Origin: Escherichia coli
GTDB taxonomy: Bacteria; Pseudomonadota; Gammaproteobacteria; Enterobacterales; Enterobacteriaceae
Assembly: GCF_003334335.1 (NCBI RefSeq)
Contig: NZ_QOWQ01000003.1
Reading direction: 5' to 3' (one strand)
Length of the DNA: 64,000 nt
The position numbers and the translations under genes were made by a program. Shown here piece after piece: positions 21,319 through 34,711 of the stretch (position 1 is its first letter; each line of letters begins with the position of its first letter). The notes below the pieces were generated by a model that was not told the origin of the DNA, ran no database searches, and was given only the letters and a program-made list of their open reading frames with translations.

Positions 21319-22923
21319 ATGAAAAAAATTGCTATTGTGGGTGCCGGGCCTACGGGGATCTACACCTTATTCTCGCTTCTACAGCAACAAACTCCACTTT
21401 CTATTTCTATCTTCGAGCAGGCTGACGAGGCCGGTGTCGGGATGCCATACAGTGATGAGGAAAACTCAAAAATGATGCTGGCAAATATTGCCAGTATTGA
21501 AATACCGCCGATTTATTGTACGTATCTCGAATGGCTACAAAAGCAAGAAGACAGCCATCTCCAGCGTTATGGCGTTAAAAAAGAAACCTTGCACGATCGT
21601 CAGTTTTTACCGCGAATTCTGCTGGGCGAATATTTCCGCGATCAATTTTTACGACTAGTAGACCAGGCACGACAGCAAAAATTTGCAGTGGCTGTTTATG
21701 AATCATGCCAGGTTACCGATCTGCAAATTACAAATGCTGGCGTCATGCTCGCTACAAATCAGGATTTACCCAGCGAGACGTTTGATTTAGCGGTGATCGC
21801 CACGGGTCACGTCTGGCCTGATGAAGAAGAAGCAACCCGAACGTATTTTCCCAGCCCGTGGTCAGGCCTGATGGAAGCAAAGGTCGATGCGTGTAACGTG
21901 GGTATTATGGGAACATCCTTGAGCGGACTGGATGCGGCAATGGCAGTGGCTATTCAGCATGGTTCGTTCATTGAAGATGATAAACAACACGTCGTTTTTC
22001 ACCGCGATAACGCAAGTGAAAAGCTAAATATCACGTTGTTGTCGCGCACGGGTATTTTACCCGAAGCCGATTTCTATTGCCCTATTCCCTACGAGCCCTT
22101 ACACATCGTCACCGATCAGGCATTAAATGCTGAGATTCAAAAAGGCGAAGAGGGCCTTTTGGATCGGGTATTTAGATTGATAGTAGAGGAAATCAAGTTT
22201 GCTGATCCAGACTGGAGTCAACGCATAGCCTTAGAGAGCCTGAATGTCGATTCCTTTGCTCAAGCCTGGTTTGCCGAGCGCAAACAACGCGACCCATTTG
22301 ACTGGGCAGAAAAAAATCTCCAGGAAGTCGAACGCAATAAACGAGAAAAACATACTGTTCCCTGGCGTTATGTCATTCTGCGCCTGCATGAAGCCGTACA
22401 GGAAATTGTTCCACATCTGAATGAACACGACCATAAACGGTTCAGTAAAGGCCTTGCCCGGGTTTTCATCGATAATTATGCGGCAATCCCTTCAGAGTCT
22501 ATTCGTCGCCTACTTGCCTTACGTGAAGCGGGAATCATTCATATTCTCGCCCTCGGTGAAGACTACAAAATGGAAATTAATGAGTCGCGCACCGTCCTGA
22601 AAACGGAAGACAACAGCTACTCGTTTGACGTTTTTATTGATGCCCGCGGACAACGTCCGCTTAAAGTGAAAGATATCCCTTTCCCTGGGCTACGCGAGCA
22701 ATTACAGAAAACAGGGGATGAAATCCCTGATGTTGGCGAAGATTATACGTTACAGCAACCCGAAGATATTCGTGGGCGCGTAGCGTTCGGCGCGTTGCCC
22801 TGGTTGATGCACGACCAGCCTTTCGTTCAGGGACTTACGGCATGTGCAGAAATTGGTGAGGCGATGGCTCGGGCGGTCGTAAAGCCTGCATCCCGTGCTC
22901 GTCGGCGTCTTTCGTTTGATTAA
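21319..22923 (+). CDS. ydhS: FAD/NAD(P)-binding protein YdhS
   Basis: ORF track 534 aa; N-terminal Rossmann motif IAIVGAGPTG. Confidence 0.87.
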   Translation: MKKIAIVGAGPTGIYTLFSLLQQQTPLSISIFEQADEAGVGMPYSDEENSKMMLANIASIEIPPIYCTYLEWLQKQEDSHLQRYGVKKETLHDRQFLPRILLGEYFRDQFLRLVDQARQQKFAVAVYESCQVTDLQITNAGVMLATNQDLPSETFDLAVIATGHVWPDEEEATRTYFPSPWSGLMEAKVDACNVGIMGTSLSGLDAAMAVAIQHGSFIEDDKQHVVFHRDNASEKLNITLLSRTGILPEADFYCPIPYEPLHIVTDQALNAEIQKGEEGLLDRVFRLIVEEIKFADPDWSQRIALESLNVDSFAQAWFAERKQRDPFDWAEKNLQEVERNKREKHTVPWRYVILRLHEAVQEIVPHLNEHDHKRFSKGLARVFIDNYAAIPSESIRRLLALREAGIIHILALGEDYKMEINESRTVLKTEDNSYSFDVFIDARGQRPLKVKDIPFPGLREQLQKTGDEIPDVGEDYTLQQPEDIRGRVAFGALPWLMHDQPFVQGLTACAEIGEAMARAVVKPASRARRRLSFD

Positions 22924-22934
22924 AGGTAAAGCTA

Positions 22935-23747
22935 TCAGCACTCAACAAACTGATGCTGTTCATTAAGACGATAGCGGACTCCGGCTCGAATATTGTTTTC
23001 ACCTTCAATGGCGACGGCGAAGCGAACTCTTTCGCCGTCATGATATGCCAGTGCGGCGCTTCCTCCTGGCCCGAGAATAATTGAGTCGACCACGCCCGTG
23101 CTCACTACCGTTGAATTTTCACCGCTGGCAATGATGTGTACATTGTCGCCGCTGTTGGCAATTCTGGCGTTTGCGCCAAAGCTGGCGATTTGCACCAGGT
23201 CACCATTACTGGCGACATGACACCGTTCACCCAATGTACAAACGCGTACTCGCATTCCGGTATTCGCAATCCGACTGCTATCTCCAGCGCTGCTTATCCG
23301 CGAAGAATTACCGGTTACAGCAACCCGTGCGCGTTCACCGGAGCTGCCAATGTGACTGTTAAAGCCGACACTTCCAATCCGCACGCTATAACCCATACTG
23401 GCAATTTGCGCGGCATACCCAGCGGTTGCGATTCTGGCGTTATCCTCACAACAGCCGATGCGAGCATGATCGTCGCTGCGGGCAAACTGACTGCAAAATG
23501 GTCTCTCTCCGGGGTCTGTGGCCAGTTTTTGCATAGAGGAAACTTCCTGATGCGCGAAGTTTTCATCCGCCAGCCATTTTTTCCACGCATACTCAACCAG
23601 ACTCTCCGCCCAGTCCGTATATCCTTCCTCAATCAGTGCATGATGAATATCGGCATAACTACCGCCGCGTGGGAAATGGCGCAGGAACCAGCGATACATC
23701 ACCGCTCCGATACGCCATTCTCGCAGGTCTGCTTGTGTAATGATCAT
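22935..23747 (-). CDS. ydhT: YdhT, last gene of ydhYVWXUT operon; contains about 15 tandem 9-residue repeats
   Basis: ORF track 270 aa; repeats xRIAS-xG-xx across residues ~86-220. Confidence 0.87.
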   Translation of the reverse strand: MIITQADLREWRIGAVMYRWFLRHFPRGGSYADIHHALIEEGYTDWAESLVEYAWKKWLADENFAHQEVSSMQKLATDPGERPFCSQFARSDDHARIGCCEDNARIATAGYAAQIASMGYSVRIGSVGFNSHIGSSGERARVAVTGNSSRISSAGDSSRIANTGMRVRVCTLGERCHVASNGDLVQIASFGANARIANSGDNVHIIASGENSTVVSTGVVDSIILGPGGSAALAYHDGERVRFAVAIEGENNIRAGVRYRLNEQHQFVEC

Positions 23748-23750
23748 TCG

Positions 23751-24536
23751 TTAGTGCCGGTGATAGCCATCGACCATGCTTTTAAAGGTTTCGTGTGGCG
23801 TACGCCCCGTGGTGCAAAGATAAAGATGACCGAAGATAAAAAAGAGGCTTATAAATGCCAGAGCAAAATGTGTCTGCAATAACCAGTATCTTACGCCAGG
23901 AAACACATCTCCCACGGCTTGCGGATAGAGACACAGCAGCCCCGTCAATAGTAACAACGGCAGCAATCCATACATGACACCAACATAGGCGACCTGCTGT
24001 AAGGGATTAAATTTAGACTGGGTTGTTGCCGGGAAAGGATGTTCTTCCCCCTGCATAATGCCAAACAAATAAAATCGCGTTTGTTTTGCCGCTCGTTCCA
24101 GCCACCCCTGACGACGAATGCGATAGTGGTGACCATTATCCCCAACGGCATTGATCAGCACAAAGCCGAGCCAGCATGCCAGTAACAAAAATCCGCAAAC
24201 TTCATGCACCGCAACCAGACTTTTAACCGCAGTTGCGCCCACCATCGCAAAGTGATTTATCAGCCCACTGGCCAGCAACAATACAAAGAGTAACGCATTC
24301 GACCAGTGCCATAATCTGACCGCTTTGCTGTAAAGATAAATCTTCTCACCATGATCGGTGGCTGATTTCTTCACGCCACGAGCACGAAGCAAGGCATGCA
24401 GCCCCAGCACCAACCACATCCCAACCAGCAATACTCCGGCAATGATCAACCACACCGGCCAAAATTCGGGAGTGAACTGTGGCACATAGTTCGCTAACTG
24501 GCTCTGAAACTGTTCAGCATGTTGCGACGGGTTCAT
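23751..24536 (-). CDS. ydhU: PhsC/NrfD-like membrane cytochrome b subunit YdhU
   Basis: ORF track 261 aa; several TM helices with conserved His; 4-bp overlap with ydhX. Confidence 0.87.
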   Translation of the reverse strand: MNPSQHAEQFQSQLANYVPQFTPEFWPVWLIIAGVLLVGMWLVLGLHALLRARGVKKSATDHGEKIYLYSKAVRLWHWSNALLFVLLLASGLINHFAMVGATAVKSLVAVHEVCGFLLLACWLGFVLINAVGDNGHHYRIRRQGWLERAAKQTRFYLFGIMQGEEHPFPATTQSKFNPLQQVAYVGVMYGLLPLLLLTGLLCLYPQAVGDVFPGVRYWLLQTHFALAFISLFFIFGHLYLCTTGRTPHETFKSMVDGYHRH

Positions 24537-25201
24537 ACATTTTCCTTTTTAATCAAATGTTGACCGAACCGGCGATACAGATGCGGTTTCCCGGCACCAG
24601 GTAGCTGATATTGATAGTATTTATTTTGCTGCAACCACGCCTGAATTTCTGGGCTATCTTCGCGACCAAAGATCAATGCGTGTTCCGGGCAGGCGCTGAC
24701 GCAAATGGGCGGAAAGCCTTTTGCCAGTCGGGACTCAGCGCAGAAATCACATTTATCTGCCACTTTAGTGACAGGGTTAAGGTAGCGAACCTGGTACGGA
24801 CAAGCGCCAATGCAATAACTGCAGCCGATGCACTGCGATTTTTCTACCCGCACGATCCCCTGCTCATCACGCCACGACGCCCCCGTCGGGCAAACGTCGA
24901 TGCACGGAGCATCTTCGCAGTGCTGACATGACTGGCGAAAAAAGTGATACTGCGTTTCGTTGTCGTTATCGGTGACTGGAATGTGTGCTATCGATAAACG
25001 GCTTCCCTGAGCGGGGACGTGGTTAGTTTTACGGCATGCGCGGGCGCAAATATTACAGCCATTGCACCGTGACTCGTCATGAATCATGGCATACCGAACT
25101 TCCTTTTCTTGCCTCGTGTTCGCTAACAGAGAAGACGCAGAACCAGTAAAAAAGATTACTGTTCCCATCCCCAGAACAAATTTGCGTCGAGTGAAGGACA
25201 T
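24533..25201 (-). CDS. ydhX: Ferredoxin-like 4Fe-4S protein YdhX with twin-arginine signal
   Basis: Start chosen at MSFTRRKFVLG (Tat motif) with upstream SD; four CxxCxxCxxxCP-type cysteine clusters; ORF track gives a longer upstream extension. Confidence 0.85.
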   Translation of the reverse strand: MSFTRRKFVLGMGTVIFFTGSASSLLANTRQEKEVRYAMIHDESRCNGCNICARACRKTNHVPAQGSRLSIAHIPVTDNDNETQYHFFRQSCQHCEDAPCIDVCPTGASWRDEQGIVRVEKSQCIGCSYCIGACPYQVRYLNPVTKVADKCDFCAESRLAKGFPPICVSACPEHALIFGREDSPEIQAWLQQNKYYQYQLPGAGKPHLYRRFGQHLIKKENV

Positions 25202-25264
25202 CTGATTATCCCCTAATGCAGTGGCTGCAACTGTCCACCCTATCCATGACATCTCCCTGAAATT

Positions 25265-25912
25265 TCAGGGGTTCTGAAACTGCTCTACCTCGAACCATTC
25301 GCATAAGCCATAAGCCTTGCCATAGGTCATAAATCGCTCGCTAAACAAGTACAACACCGCCGTCGATGACTCCACCTGCCGTATATCGGCATATTCAGGT
25401 GCAACATCCATCGCGGCGATCGCGGCTTCAATCTGCGCTTCCTGGAAGTAATATGGCGCTTGCATCAGCATGGCGACTTTGTAAGGACGAGGATACGTCT
25501 GGCACTCAAAACGAACGGCGTGTGCAATGGCGCGACAAATGTCCTGCTCCACAACTTGCAAAGACATCGCCGCGTAGTTTTCACTCATGGCCTGCGTTGA
25601 GTAATAGTAATCATCCTTGCTTCCCGTCAAACAAGCGATATCCGCGTAGTCTCCGTTCTGCTTAATGCTTTCCAGCAAAACTGACAGTTCCTCTTCTGCA
25701 ACCAAATAGGGTGGCGAGAGAAACACGGCGCGCGCCACCAGCTGCCCAGCCGCAGAATGCTGGCGAATGAACTCAGCCAGGATTTCAGCAGGTTCTGGTT
25801 CGGTTACCGTATCAACGGGGTGACGCATCCCCTGCAACCATTGCCGCTTCGCCTCGTCAACTTCGCTGACTTTCGCTAACGGCAATTCATCCTGATGGTT
25901 CATCTTACCCAT
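25265..25912 (-). CDS. ydhW: YdhW, unknown function
   Basis: ORF track 215 aa; operon position between ydhV and ydhX. Confidence 0.85.
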   Translation of the reverse strand: MGKMNHQDELPLAKVSEVDEAKRQWLQGMRHPVDTVTEPEPAEILAEFIRQHSAAGQLVARAVFLSPPYLVAEEELSVLLESIKQNGDYADIACLTGSKDDYYYSTQAMSENYAAMSLQVVEQDICRAIAHAVRFECQTYPRPYKVAMLMQAPYYFQEAQIEAAIAAMDVAPEYADIRQVESSTAVLYLFSERFMTYGKAYGLCEWFEVEQFQNP

Positions 25913-25915
25913 TCC

Positions 25916-28665
<2,750 letters not shown>

Positions 28666-28865
28666 TTATTTCGCATCCTCTTCGCAAACACAGTGCTGAC
28701 AATTCAGCAGCCTGATATTAAGCATTCAACTAATACGCTGCTGACTCTGTCCCCAACACCAGATATTTTCCCTAACCCGATAGTGTATGAGAAAAGATTA
28801 ACGCCGATAAACTAATCCTTTATGGTTAGGAGAAAAAATAATGTGATTATTCTGAGCCCTTAACA

Positions 28866-28879
28866 TTGATCGTTATCAA
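28866..28879. promoter_or_regulatory. FNR box TTGAT-N4-ATCAA upstream of ydhY operon
   Basis: Exact consensus TTGATcgttATCAA read directly, about 200 bp upstream of ydhY ATG; the operon is known to be FNR-activated. Confidence 0.6.
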
Positions 28880-29087
28880 TTAAAATTACAAAGCAAGAAA
28901 TTATAAGTGAACTGATATTTATTATCATTTGAAATAAATTTAACTTAAGCGACAATTATTTGTGACTTTCATTGCAGAAAATAAAAATAACATTATCGCT
29001 ATAAATTAAAATACATACCGAAATTCGTATAATTTCAGCAGTTGTTATTTAGAATGATTAACTGGACCGCAACTGAAGCAAGAATAT

Positions 29088-29113
29088 CAGGATGAAGCTT
29101 ACCGCCTCATCCT
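29088..29113 (-). terminator. Hairpin immediately downstream of fumD
   Basis: Inverted repeat CAGGATGA-N11-TCATCCTG just past fumD stop. Confidence 0.35.
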
Positions 29114-29119
29114 GAATGG

Positions 29120-29329
29120 TCATTTTACCAGTGCGTTAATGACGGTTTCCATCGCCTGCTTTTCCAGCTCACTGCGCTGAATGCGTTTATTGGCTAATGC
29201 TGTACGTAATACGCCTGCGATAACAATATGCTTTGGTTCCTGCCCCAGATCGCGCATTTCCAGCACAACTTTACCGACAACTCTGCACATTTCTCGGTAC
29301 AGTTCATCCTCTTTTGTCCGATTTCCCAT
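29120..29329 (-). CDS. fumD: Small fumarase D (YdhZ)
   Basis: ORF track 69 aa. Confidence 0.85.
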   Translation of the reverse strand: MGNRTKEDELYREMCRVVGKVVLEMRDLGQEPKHIVIAGVLRTALANKRIQRSELEKQAMETVINALVK

Positions 29330-29664
29330 TCTTTATACCTATTTATCATGCCAACTATCAGCATATATCAATCTAACCAATTAAACAAAAATCAAACAAA
29401 ATCAGACAAATAACGCGATAAATTATTTTAACTGTAGCAATTGAGCGATGATATATTTATACACCGGATGAACTTTCACTTATCCTCACACTGACAACTT
29501 CGGCACCAGACGTTGCGCAAACAGTGAAGTTTTTGCGTAACCTTTTCCCTGGAACGTTAAATCTTTGATAACAATTTATTGTCTAACAAGTTGTATATTT
29601 TTTGAAACGCTGTTTTTGTTTTCCTTTTGGATTAATTTCAGCGTATAATGCGCGCCAATTGACT

Positions 29665-29680
29665 CTTGAATGGTTTCAGC
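29665..29680. promoter_or_regulatory. Cra (FruR)-box-like site in pykF promoter region
   Basis: CTTGAATGGTTTCAGC (reverse GCTGAAACCATTCAAG) matches Cra consensus; TATAAT -10 at 29645-29650. Confidence 0.4.
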
Positions 29681-29885
29681 ACTTTGGACTGTAGAACTCA
29701 ACGACTCAAAAACAGGCACTCACGTTGGGCTGAGACACAAGCACACATTCCTCTGCACGCTTTTTCGATGTCACCTATCCTTAGAGCGAGGCACCACCAC
29801 TTTCGTAATACCGGATTCGCTTTCCGGCAGTGCGCCCAGAAAGCAAGTTTCTCCCATCCTTCTCAACTTAAAGACTAAGACTGTC

Positions 29886-31298
29886 ATGAAAAAGACCAAA
29901 ATTGTTTGCACCATCGGACCGAAAACCGAATCTGAAGAGATGTTAGCTAAAATGCTGGACGCTGGCATGAACGTTATGCGTCTGAACTTCTCTCATGGTG
30001 ACTATGCAGAACACGGTCAGCGCATTCAGAATCTGCGCAACGTGATGAGCAAAACTGGTAAAACCGCCGCTATCCTGCTTGATACCAAAGGTCCGGAAAT
30101 CCGCACCATGAAACTGGAAGGCGGTAACGACGTTTCTCTGAAAGCTGGTCAGACCTTTACTTTCACCACTGATAAATCTGTTATCGGCAACAGCGAAATG
30201 GTTGCGGTAACGTATGAAGGTTTCACTACTGACCTGTCTGTTGGCAACACCGTACTGGTTGACGATGGTCTGATCGGTATGGAAGTTACCGCCATTGAAG
30301 GTAACAAAGTTATCTGTAAAGTGCTGAACAACGGTGACCTGGGCGAAAACAAAGGTGTGAACCTGCCTGGCGTTTCCATTGCTCTGCCAGCACTGGCTGA
30401 AAAAGACAAACAGGACCTGATCTTTGGTTGCGAACAAGGCGTAGACTTTGTTGCTGCTTCCTTTATTCGTAAGCGTTCTGACGTTATCGAAATCCGTGAG
30501 CACCTGAAAGCGCACGGCGGCGAAAACATCCACATCATCTCCAAAATCGAAAACCAGGAAGGCCTCAACAACTTCGACGAAATCCTCGAAGCCTCTGACG
30601 GCATCATGGTTGCGCGTGGCGACCTGGGTGTAGAAATCCCGGTAGAAGAAGTTATCTTCGCCCAGAAGATGATGATCGAAAAATGTATCCGTGCACGTAA
30701 AGTCGTTATCACTGCGACCCAGATGCTGGATTCCATGATCAAAAACCCACGCCCGACTCGCGCAGAAGCCGGTGACGTTGCAAACGCCATCCTCGACGGT
30801 ACTGACGCAGTGATGCTGTCTGGTGAATCCGCAAAAGGTAAATACCCGCTGGAAGCGGTTTCTATCATGGCGACCATCTGCGAACGTACCGACCGCGTGA
30901 TGAACAGCCGTCTCGAGTTCAACAATGACAACCGTAAACTGCGCATTACCGAAGCGGTATGCCGTGGTGCCGTTGAAACTGCTGAAAAACTGGATGCTCC
31001 GCTGATCGTGGTTGCTACTCAGGGCGGTAAATCTGCTCGCGCAGTACGTAAATACTTCCCGGATGCCACCATCCTGGCACTGACCACCAACGAAAAAACG
31101 GCTCATCAGTTGGTACTGAGCAAAGGCGTTGTGCCGCAGCTTGTTAAAGAGATCACTTCTACTGATGATTTCTACCGTCTGGGTAAAGAACTGGCTCTGC
31201 AGAGCGGTCTGGCACACAAAGGTGACGTTGTAGTTATGGTTTCTGGTGCACTGGTACCGAGCGGCACTACTAACACCGCATCTGTTCACGTCCTGTAA
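29886..31298 (+). CDS. pykF: Pyruvate kinase I
   Basis: Start at [12 protein letters not shown] (470 aa); ORF track extends 72 codons upstream in frame, which is unlikely. Confidence 0.95.
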
Positions 31299-31328
31299 TA
31301 TTGCTTTTGTGAATTAATTTGTATATCG

Positions 31329-31353
31329 AAGCGCCCTGATGGGCGCTTTTTTT
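31329..31353 (+). terminator. Rho-independent terminator after pykF
   Basis: AAGCGCCC-TGAT-GGGCGCTT followed by TTTTTTT. Confidence 0.7.
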
Positions 31354-31596
31354 ATTTAATCGATAACCAGAAGCAATAAAAAATCAAATCGGATTTCACT
31401 ATATAATCTCACTTTATCTAAGATGAATCCGATGGAAGCATCCTGTTTTCTCTCAATTTTTTTATCTAAAACCCAGCGTTCGATGCTTCTTTGAGCGAAC
31501 GATCAAAAATAAGTGCCTTCCCATCAAAAAAATATTCTCAACATAAAAAACTTTGTGTAATACTTGTAACGCTACATGGAGATTAACTCAATCTAG

Positions 31597-31845
<249 letters not shown>

Positions 31846-31861
31846 TAGTACCTGTGAAGTG

Positions 31862-31893
31862 AAAAATGGCGCACATTGTGCGCCATTTTTTTT
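31862..31893 (+). terminator. Rho-independent terminator after lpp
   Basis: AAAAATGGCGCAC-ATTG-TGCGCCATTTTTTTT. Confidence 0.75.
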
Positions 31894-31908
31894 GTCTGCC
31901 GTTTACCG

Positions 31909-32913
31909 CTACTGCGTCACGCGTAACATATTCCCTTGCTCTGGTTCACCATTCTGCGCTGACTCTACTGAAGGCGCATTGCTGGCTGCGGGAGTTGCTC
32001 CACTGCTCACCGAAACCGGATACCCTGCCCGACGATACAACGCTTTATCGACTAACTTCTGATCTACAGCCTTATTGTCTTTAAATTGCGTAAAGCCTGC
32101 TGGCAGTGTGTATGGCATTGTCTGAACGTTCTGCTGTTCTTCTGCCGATAGTGGTCGATGTACTTCAACATAACGCATCCCGTTAGGCTCCACGGAATAT
32201 TTCACCGGTTCGTTGATCACTTTCACCGGCGTTCCCGTCCGCACGCTGGAGAACAAGGCTTTAATATCCGGTGCATTCATGCGAATACACCCTGAACTGA
32301 CGCGCAAACCGACGCTGTCCGGCGCACTGGTACCATGAATGAGGTATTCGCCATTACCATGCGCGAGGCGCAGTGCGTAACGTCCTAGCGGGTTATTTGG
32401 TCCGGCAGGAACGACTGGCGGTAATTTAATGCCACGCTCCAGCGAACGCTGACGAATGCCTGCCGTAGGCGTCCAGGTTGGGTTAGGGATTTTCTGCCCA
32501 ACACGCGTTTCCATCACCGGCGTTTCCAGCCCCTGCAATCCAATACCTATTGGATAAACCTGCACAATATTTTCTCCCGGCGGATAATAATAAAGGCGCA
32601 GCTCTGCAAGGTTAACGATAATCCCCTGACGCGGTGCATCAGGTAATAACAGTTGTGAAGGAATAGTTATCGTCGTACCAGGTTTTGGCACCGGGGCGAT
32701 AGTGTTATTGGCTTCAAGGATCAACATTGCCGCAGTATCAAAACGTCGGGCAATAGCCTGAAGGTTTTTATCCCCTTCTTGCACCGTATACGTTTGATTT
32801 TGCCCAACCAGTCGGCTTCCGGTTGGTGGTAGCGGATAATCAACCGCCCAGGCAGCCTGGATGGCGCTAAAAGCGCCGATAAGCGTGAGTGTAAGCAAAG
32901 ACGCGCGTTTCAT
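31909..32913 (-). CDS. ldtE: L,D-transpeptidase LdtE (YnhG)
   Basis: ORF track 334 aa; signal peptide; YkuD domain with catalytic SSGCIRM. Confidence 0.9.
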
Positions 32914-33061
32914 TGTAAACCTCCTGTATTTGCCGGAGACTCACGCTGAAACGTCGGATGGCGCTTATGTTCACCTGAAACCAAAACACTCCTGTGCAGG
33001 TCAGTGTAAACATTGACCATCCGGCAATGTGAGCCAACCGGATGAAAGCTGTCCTTTTAGT

Positions 33062-33478
33062 TTAGCTAAGTGCAGCGGCTTTGGCGCGAATTGCGCGAAT
33101 CATCGCTTCCAGACCTTGTGAACGAGATGGGGTGAGATGTTGGGTGAGCGCCATTTTTTCAAACCACGGACGCACATCGAAATTGACAATATCCTGCGGC
33201 GTCATCTGATCGTAGAGAATAAAGACGACCGCAATAAGCCCTTTCACAATCGCCGCATCGCTGTCGCCCTGTAATTCAATAATTCCCTGGGCATTCTGGC
33301 GCATGACAATCCACACCTGACTCTGACAGCCCTGAATGCTATTTTGTGGACTTCTGTCTTCGTCGCGTAATTCTGGCAGACGCTGGCCCAGCTCAATAAT
33401 GTAGAGATATTTCTCTTCCCAGTTGGCGCAGCGTAAAAAATTACGCAGCAACTTTTCTTTATCCGGCAATAAAGCCAT
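33062..33478 (-). CDS. sufE: Sulfur acceptor SufE
   Basis: ORF track 138 aa; suf operon position. Confidence 0.93.
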
Positions 33479-33490
33479 AGTGCCTCCCTG

Positions 33491-34711
33491 TTATCCCAGC
33501 AAACGGTGAATACGTTGCAGGCCGGTCACCAGACGATCCACTTCTTCATGGGTGTTATACATGGCCAGCGACGCCCGACACATCGCAGGGACGTTGTAAT
33601 AGGCCATCAATGGCATTGCGCAGTGATGTCCGGTACGCACAGCAATGCCGTAATTATCGAGAAAACTGCCAACATCATAGGCGTGGTGTTTACCGAGATT
33701 AAAAGCAATAACGCCAAGCCTGTTTTGTGGGCCATAGAGAGTGAGATACGGTACAGATTCCAGCTGTGATAGCGCATAATGCATCAGATTCTGTTCATAC
33801 TCGGCTATGTTATTAAGCCCCAGCGCCGAAACATACTCCAGCGCCGCGCCAAGACCAATGATGCCCCCGGTATTGGGTGTACCGGCTTCAAACCGCCATG
33901 GTGCTTTGGTCCAGGTAGTGCCTTCACTCAGGCTGACGGTGGCGATCATAGAACCGCCCCCTTCCCACGGCGGCATCTCCTGCAACAAGGCTTCTTTCAC
34001 ATAAAGAATGCCAATTCCGGTGGGGCCATACAGTTTATGCCCGGAGAACACGTAAAAGTCGCAATCCAGCGCCTGAACATCCACCGGATGATGCATCACC
34101 GCCTGAGCGCCATCCACCAGCACTTTTGCGCCATGCTGGTGCGCAAGCGTGATCATTTCCGCCAGTGGATTTTCTGTGCCAAGCACGTTGGAGACATGAG
34201 TAATTGCCAGCAGGCGAGTTTTCTCATCAAACAGCGTAGGCAGCGTCTCCAGTTGCAACGTACCATCGGGATTGAGCGGGATCACACGCAGCTCTGCGCC
34301 AACGCGTGCGCAAAGCATCTGCCAGGGAACAATGTTAGCGTGGTGCTCCATCTGACTGATGATGATGTTATCGCCCGCCCGCACGTTGCTGTTGCCCCAG
34401 CTATTGGCGACCAGATTGATCCCTTCCGTCGTGCCGCGGACGAACACCAGCTCTTCCGCCGAACGGGCATTAATAAACAGCGATGCCCGCTTGCGCACGT
34501 TCTCCATTTTCTCGGTCGCCTGGGCGCTTAAGGTATGAATACCACGATGCACCGCCGCGTAGCCATGACGATAAAACTCGGCCTCGGCGTCAATCACCTG
34601 GCTCGGTTTCTGCGCACTGGCGGCGCTGTCGAGATAAGCCAGCGGCAAACCGTTTACCTCACGCGAAAGCACCGGAAAGTCGGCCCGCACTTTGTCGACG
34701 GAAAAAATCAT
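33491..34711 (-). CDS. sufS: Cysteine desulfurase SufS (PLP-dependent)
   Basis: ORF track 406 aa; PLP lysine motif SGHK; 4-bp overlap with sufD. Confidence 0.95.
   Translation of the reverse strand: MIFSVDKVRADFPVLSREVNGLPLAYLDSAASAQKPSQVIDAEAEFYRHGYAAVHRGIHTLSAQATEKMENVRKRASLFINARSAEELVFVRGTTEGINLVANSWGNSNVRAGDNIIISQMEHHANIVPWQMLCARVGAELRVIPLNPDGTLQLETLPTLFDEKTRLLAITHVSNVLGTENPLAEMITLAHQHGAKVLVDGAQAVMHHPVDVQALDCDFYVFSGHKLYGPTGIGILYVKEALLQEMPPWEGGGSMIATVSLSEGTTWTKAPWRFEAGTPNTGGIIGLGAALEYVSALGLNNIAEYEQNLMHYALSQLESVPYLTLYGPQNRLGVIAFNLGKHHAYDVGSFLDNYGIAVRTGHHCAMPLMAYYNVPAMCRASLAMYNTHEEVDRLVTGLQRIHRLLG

Noticed and set aside
23136-23882. 248-aa ORF antisense to ydhT/ydhU
   Set aside because: Overlaps two well-supported minus-strand genes; low-complexity translation; no RBS.
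29670-29885. In-frame 72-codon N-terminal extension of pykF (and similar extensions for aroH, fadK, ydiQ, ydiO, sufB, ydhV, ydhX, ydiH)
   Set aside because: The extensions lack SD sequences and run through promoters or operators; starts were placed at internal ATG/GTG codons with good SD spacing and the expected protein N-terminus.
29943-31289. 448-aa ORF antisense to pykF
   Set aside because: Spans nearly all of pykF on the opposite strand; an antisense-frame artefact with no start context.
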